This document shows positions 31,129-32,000 of a stretch of DNA of 32,000 nt, piece by piece. The translations under genes and the position numbers were made by a program. Location of the stretch: assembly GCF_013365455.1 (NCBI RefSeq), contig NZ_CP046578.1, positions 210,001 to 242,000 on the forward strand. The letters run 5' to 3'. Each line of letters begins with the position of its first letter. The first letter of the stretch is position 1. Origin of the DNA: Wolbachia endosymbiont of Dirofilaria (Dirofilaria) immitis (GTDB taxonomy: Bacteria > Pseudomonadota > Alphaproteobacteria > Rickettsiales > Anaplasmataceae). The notes under the pieces are model-generated. The model worked only from the letters and a program-made list of their open reading frames with translations. It searched no databases and was not told where the DNA came from.

Positions 31129-31776
31129 TTACTCTATAGAAGGTCCACTACTGGTAAAGTCTAAACTTATTAAATATATTTCTGTAGATTCAGATCTGCT
31201 TGATCTTGGTTTGAAGTATTTTGCTGTTTTAAACATTTTTTTTAACTCATTACAAAAATCCCTATCAGATTCTCCTTGGAAGATTTTTACTACAAACTTA
31301 CCACCATAATTTAGGAAATGCTTTGCAAGGTTCAGTGCTGCTTTGCATAAAAGCATAATTCTGATATGGTCCAATGATTTTATGCCACAAGATTTTGGAG
31401 CCATATCAGATAAAATTACGTCAAACTTCTGACCTTTAAATTTTTCCTTTAAAATTTCAAGATCGTTTATAATATCGTATTGCATATGTTCCACTCCATT
31501 GATTAAATTTACTGGCCTTATGTCAATTGCAACTACATTAGCTCCTTTCTGAGATGCAACTTGTGACCACCCACCAGGAGAAGCACCAAGATCAATAATT
31601 TTTTGCCCTTTTTGGAATAATTTAAACTTATTATCTATTTCTATCAACTTATATGCTGAGCGCGACCTGTAACCATCCTTACTAGTTTTTTGTACATACT
31701 TATCATTTAAATGACGATATAACCACCTAGTTGAAGATAATTTTCGACCTCTAGCTGTCTTTATTCTAGTTTTTAT
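31129..31776 (-). CDS. rlmE: 23S rRNA (uridine-2'-O-)-methyltransferase RlmE/FtsJ; 5' end extended here beyond the track ORF
   Basis: 'KIIDLGASPGGWSQVA', 'IIND..FDVILSDMAP', 'GGKFVVKIFQG'. In-frame upstream codons to 31776 encode 'IKTRIKTARGRKLSSTRWLYRHLNDKYVQKTSKDGYRSRSAYKL', the conserved FtsJ N-terminus; the track ORF starts internally at a TTG (31647). Confidence 0.88.
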   Translation of the reverse strand: MKTRIKTARGRKLSSTRWLYRHLNDKYVQKTSKDGYRSRSAYKLIEIDNKFKLFQKGQKIIDLGASPGGWSQVASQKGANVVAIDIRPVNLINGVEHMQYDIINDLEILKEKFKGQKFDVILSDMAPKSCGIKSLDHIRIMLLCKAALNLAKHFLNYGGKFVVKIFQGESDRDFCNELKKMFKTAKYFKPRSSRSESTEIYLISLDFTSSGPSIE

Positions 31777-32000
31777 TGTTGATACCTGTAAGAATCACTT
31801 TATTGATTATAACTTTTAGCTCTTTTTTGACTACTTCTTTCGCTAGTGTATACAAGTACTTATTTAGTTATTCTAGTAACTTGGGTTTTAGAAGAGATAT
31901 AACTTATAACTCTTTAATGTTAGGTTTGTTTTGCTACTTTTTAAGTAGCTCTTTAATCTCTTCTATATTAAAACTAACCAGTTATTATTTTGTGCTTGTG

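Overview
This is an AT-rich alphaproteobacterial window. Gene content and protein character point to Rickettsiales, family Anaplasmataceae (Wolbachia/Ehrlichia-like), though I cannot place it to genus from sequence alone. It is mostly housekeeping: an F0 ATP synthase cluster (a, c, b', b), tRNA-Thr, leuS, a LytM/M23-fold lipoprotein, dsbB, der, ftsA, def, a uracil-DNA glycosylase, guaB, nuoG-nuoH preceded by a small ORF, tRNA-Asn, rnd, coaE, a nitronate monooxygenase-like flavoprotein, coq7, ppa, tRNA-Ser, gmk, a dksA-like gene, ccmB and rlmE. The most accessory-looking part is a pair of exported proteins at 26.3-29.3 kb: an ankyrin-type protein followed by a 603-aa pentapeptide-repeat protein. 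The observations I rate highest are: (1) coaE is broken by one extra base in an A8 run; (2) conserved rlmE N-terminal coding sequence extends about 43 codons upstream of the called start with no ATG/GTG/TTG, suggesting an ATA start or start loss; (3) the M23 lipoprotein appears to lack all the expected zinc ligands; (4) the exported ankyrin/pentapeptide pair; (5) a DksA-like protein with only two of four zinc-finger cysteines; (6) several 0.8-1.5 kb gene-free spacers. I found no CRISPR array, intact mobile element, toxin-antitoxin pair or defence island.
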